64,000 nucleotides of DNA from Myxococcota bacterium (GTDB lineage: Bacteria; Myxococcota_A; Polyangia; Nannocystales; Nannocystaceae): positions 672,001-736,000 of the forward strand of contig JBCCHT010000001.1 of assembly GCA_039028615.1 (NCBI GenBank), written 5' to 3'. The position numbers and the translations under genes were made by a program. The notes below the pieces were generated by a model that was not told the origin of the DNA, ran no database searches, and was given only the letters and a program-made list of their open reading frames with translations. This document shows positions 62,377 through 64,000 of this stretch, in pieces; the stretch's first letter is position 1, and each line of letters opens with the position of its first letter.

Positions 62377-63561
62377 CTATCCCAGCAAGAACAGTTCCTT
62401 TGGCCCCTGGACGGCGTGCTCGTGGTCGACCGCCGGCAAGTTCCGCGCGGCCCATAGCGCCAGTGAAGGGTCGCCGCGTCGCACCACCTCGGTCATCGCC
62501 GCGCGGCCCAAGTCGTCCTCTGGACACGCTCGATGACGCAGCAGCTGCTCGATCAAGTGGGGCACCGAGGCTCGCTCGTACGTGCCTTCGTCGAGGACTT
62601 GCTCGAGCCGGTCCGGCCCCAGCGCCAGCGCGTTGTCGTAGCGAAAGTCGAGCGCAGCCTGCGGAGCGCCGATCCAAGCGTCCGGTCGCACCATCGATAC
62701 GCGCGGGCGATGATCGCCTTCGACCACCAGGCTCCATAGCCGACGGCCCAGCTCCGCGACCACCTCGTCGAAGCGCTCCGGGGCCTCGACCGGGCCCGCC
62801 AGCTGCGCCTGCGCGGCCGCGGGCAGGCCCGCCAGGTGTCGAAGCCACTGCCGCGTATAGATGCGCTGCTTCTCGCCGTAGGTGACCTCGTGGCGGAGCC
62901 ACTTGAGGGTCGCGGGGCTGCGCCGAACATCTGCCAGCGAGAACCCCGAGAATGCACCCTGACAGTAAAAAGCCGCGATTTCGGCCAAGAACCCCGGGCT
63001 CATCACCTCGAGGTCCGGCCGAAACCGAATGTACTCGTCCGCGTTCGATGACTCATATGCCACCGTCAACGTCGTGAATAGACTGCCGACATCGAGTCGG
63101 TCACGGAAACTACGCTGCGACAGGAACCAATAATCCAGTCCCACCGTCGCCACCGCTTCGGTCGCGAGCATCCACGCGACGTCGGCTTCGAGGCTGCATT
63201 CCGTGATCGACCCCGAACCAGATAGGATGGTCGAATCGATATCCCGAAGCTCGTGAAGAGCCCAGATGTGTAGATAGTCGTGAGCCACGAACGCAGCCTC
63301 GGTCGCGAGGTCGTCGTTCTCGTTGTGCTCACGCACTTCGGCTCCAGGACGGCGACAATAGCCGTCTAGAGCCGAATTCGCGGCCATATAGATTTCGGAG
63401 CGAAACGGATTCCACCCCGAAGAACAGCGCGCCGCGATCTTGCGGTAGCGCCATTGATGATCGACTTCGAGCGTGACCATCTCGACGCGTTCGTCGAGCA
63501 CCGCTGCTTGCAGCAGTGGAATCGCTCCCCCCAATTGACCAAACTCTACGAGTGCCGACAT
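62377..63561 (-). CDS. Hypothetical protein with HDxxH...ExxA putative metal-binding motif
   Basis: AHDYLHIW at 63268-63282, EAVA 37 residues later; stop is 10 nt from the next start; ATG 63561 has GGGGGA upstream. Confidence 0.7.
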   Translation of the reverse strand: MSALVEFGQLGGAIPLLQAAVLDERVEMVTLEVDHQWRYRKIAARCSSGWNPFRSEIYMAANSALDGYCRRPGAEVREHNENDDLATEAAFVAHDYLHIWALHELRDIDSTILSGSGSITECSLEADVAWMLATEAVATVGLDYWFLSQRSFRDRLDVGSLFTTLTVAYESSNADEYIRFRPDLEVMSPGFLAEIAAFYCQGAFSGFSLADVRRSPATLKWLRHEVTYGEKQRIYTRQWLRHLAGLPAAAQAQLAGPVEAPERFDEVVAELGRRLWSLVVEGDHRPRVSMVRPDAWIGAPQAALDFRYDNALALGPDRLEQVLDEGTYERASVPHLIEQLLRHRACPEDDLGRAAMTEVVRRGDPSLALWAARNLPAVDHEHAVQGPKELFLLG

Positions 63562-63647
63562 CGGTGGTTGTCCCCCGTCGTGTCGCTCCCCAGGCGACCT
63601 CGATTCGATAGCCAGTCGAAGCGCCGATCGGATCACGAAAAACTTCG

Positions 63648-63673
63648 AGAAAAATTTTCTGCTCGATCGAGCA
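63648..63673. promoter_or_regulatory. AT-rich near-palindrome plus perfect 14-bp palindrome in the divergent promoter region
   Basis: AGAAAA-A-TTTTCT (63648-63660) abutting TGCTCGATCGAGCA (63660-63673). Confidence 0.45.
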
Positions 63674-63712
63674 CCACAGCTGTCGTCCATCTGCTAGGTT
63701 CCGCGAATCGAT

Positions 63713-64000
63713 ATGGAGTTTCGTAGTGAAGCTGCGCAGGCCCGCGCCGAGCGGGAAGAGGGCGATCGTGCGCGCCGACTGCCCATGCACACCGGTCGTG
63801 CATTGGCCTCCGGCGCCCTGGCGGTCGTGTTCGTCCTGGTCGGGTTGTTCTTCGCCGTCCCGGTCGGCCAAGACCGTCGCGGGAGCGGCCAGGTCGTCCC
63901 CGCCGACGCCACCATGATCCGGGCCGACAGCGAAGGCACGCTGGCCTGGACCTTGCCCGTGGGTACACCCGTGCCCGCGGGAGGCCTGGTCGCCTCCATT
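63713..64000 (+). CDS. Partial HlyD-family secretion adaptor (membrane fusion protein)
   Basis: MEFRSEAAQAR...ALAVVFVLVGLFFAVPVGQDRRGSGQVVPADATMIRADSEGTL...VGTPVPAGGLVASI: FRxEA N-terminal motif, one TM, G.G.V.P, lipoyl-like half motif; open to the window edge, so absent from the ORF track. Confidence 0.75.
   Translation, partial: MEFRSEAAQARAEREEGDRARRLPMHTGRALASGALAVVFVLVGLFFAVPVGQDRRGSGQVVPADATMIRADSEGTLAWTLPVGTPVPAGGLVASI

Overview
High-GC (roughly 70% by eye) bacterial chromosome segment. The many Cys-rich and lipobox surface proteins, a MYXO-CTERM protein, a myxosortase-type CPBP protease and a DUF4388/J-domain protein point to a myxobacterium, probably Nannocystaceae-like (inference). 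About 58 CDSs mix housekeeping genes (fmt, priA, speA, ettA, kynU, metF, cyclophilin, birA, nadC, dnaG-rpoD) with accessory secreted and lipoprotein genes. No rRNA, tRNA, CRISPR array or intact IS element was seen. The standout is a putative uncharacterised RiPP/bacteriocin-like system at the right edge (60.2-64.0 kb). It encodes three tandem 52-60 aa precursor peptides, each with a 17-aa double-glycine-type leader and a core sharing GK..., CxC and AAPA motifs. These lie in an apparent operon behind a SelO/YdiU(MchC)-like pseudokinase-fold enzyme and an unknown HDxxH...E metalloprotein. A divergent HlyD-type secretion adaptor runs off the window edge. Other notable items: an Rpn nuclease with a candidate intragenic antitoxin start, an orphan FlhB/EscU-like membrane fragment coupled to priA, a LETM1-like + EF-hand + GYF_2-like protein, and a recurrent -10 hexamer 6-9 nt upstream of start codons that suggests widespread leaderless transcripts. 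All family assignments come from motif recognition by eye, not from database searches.
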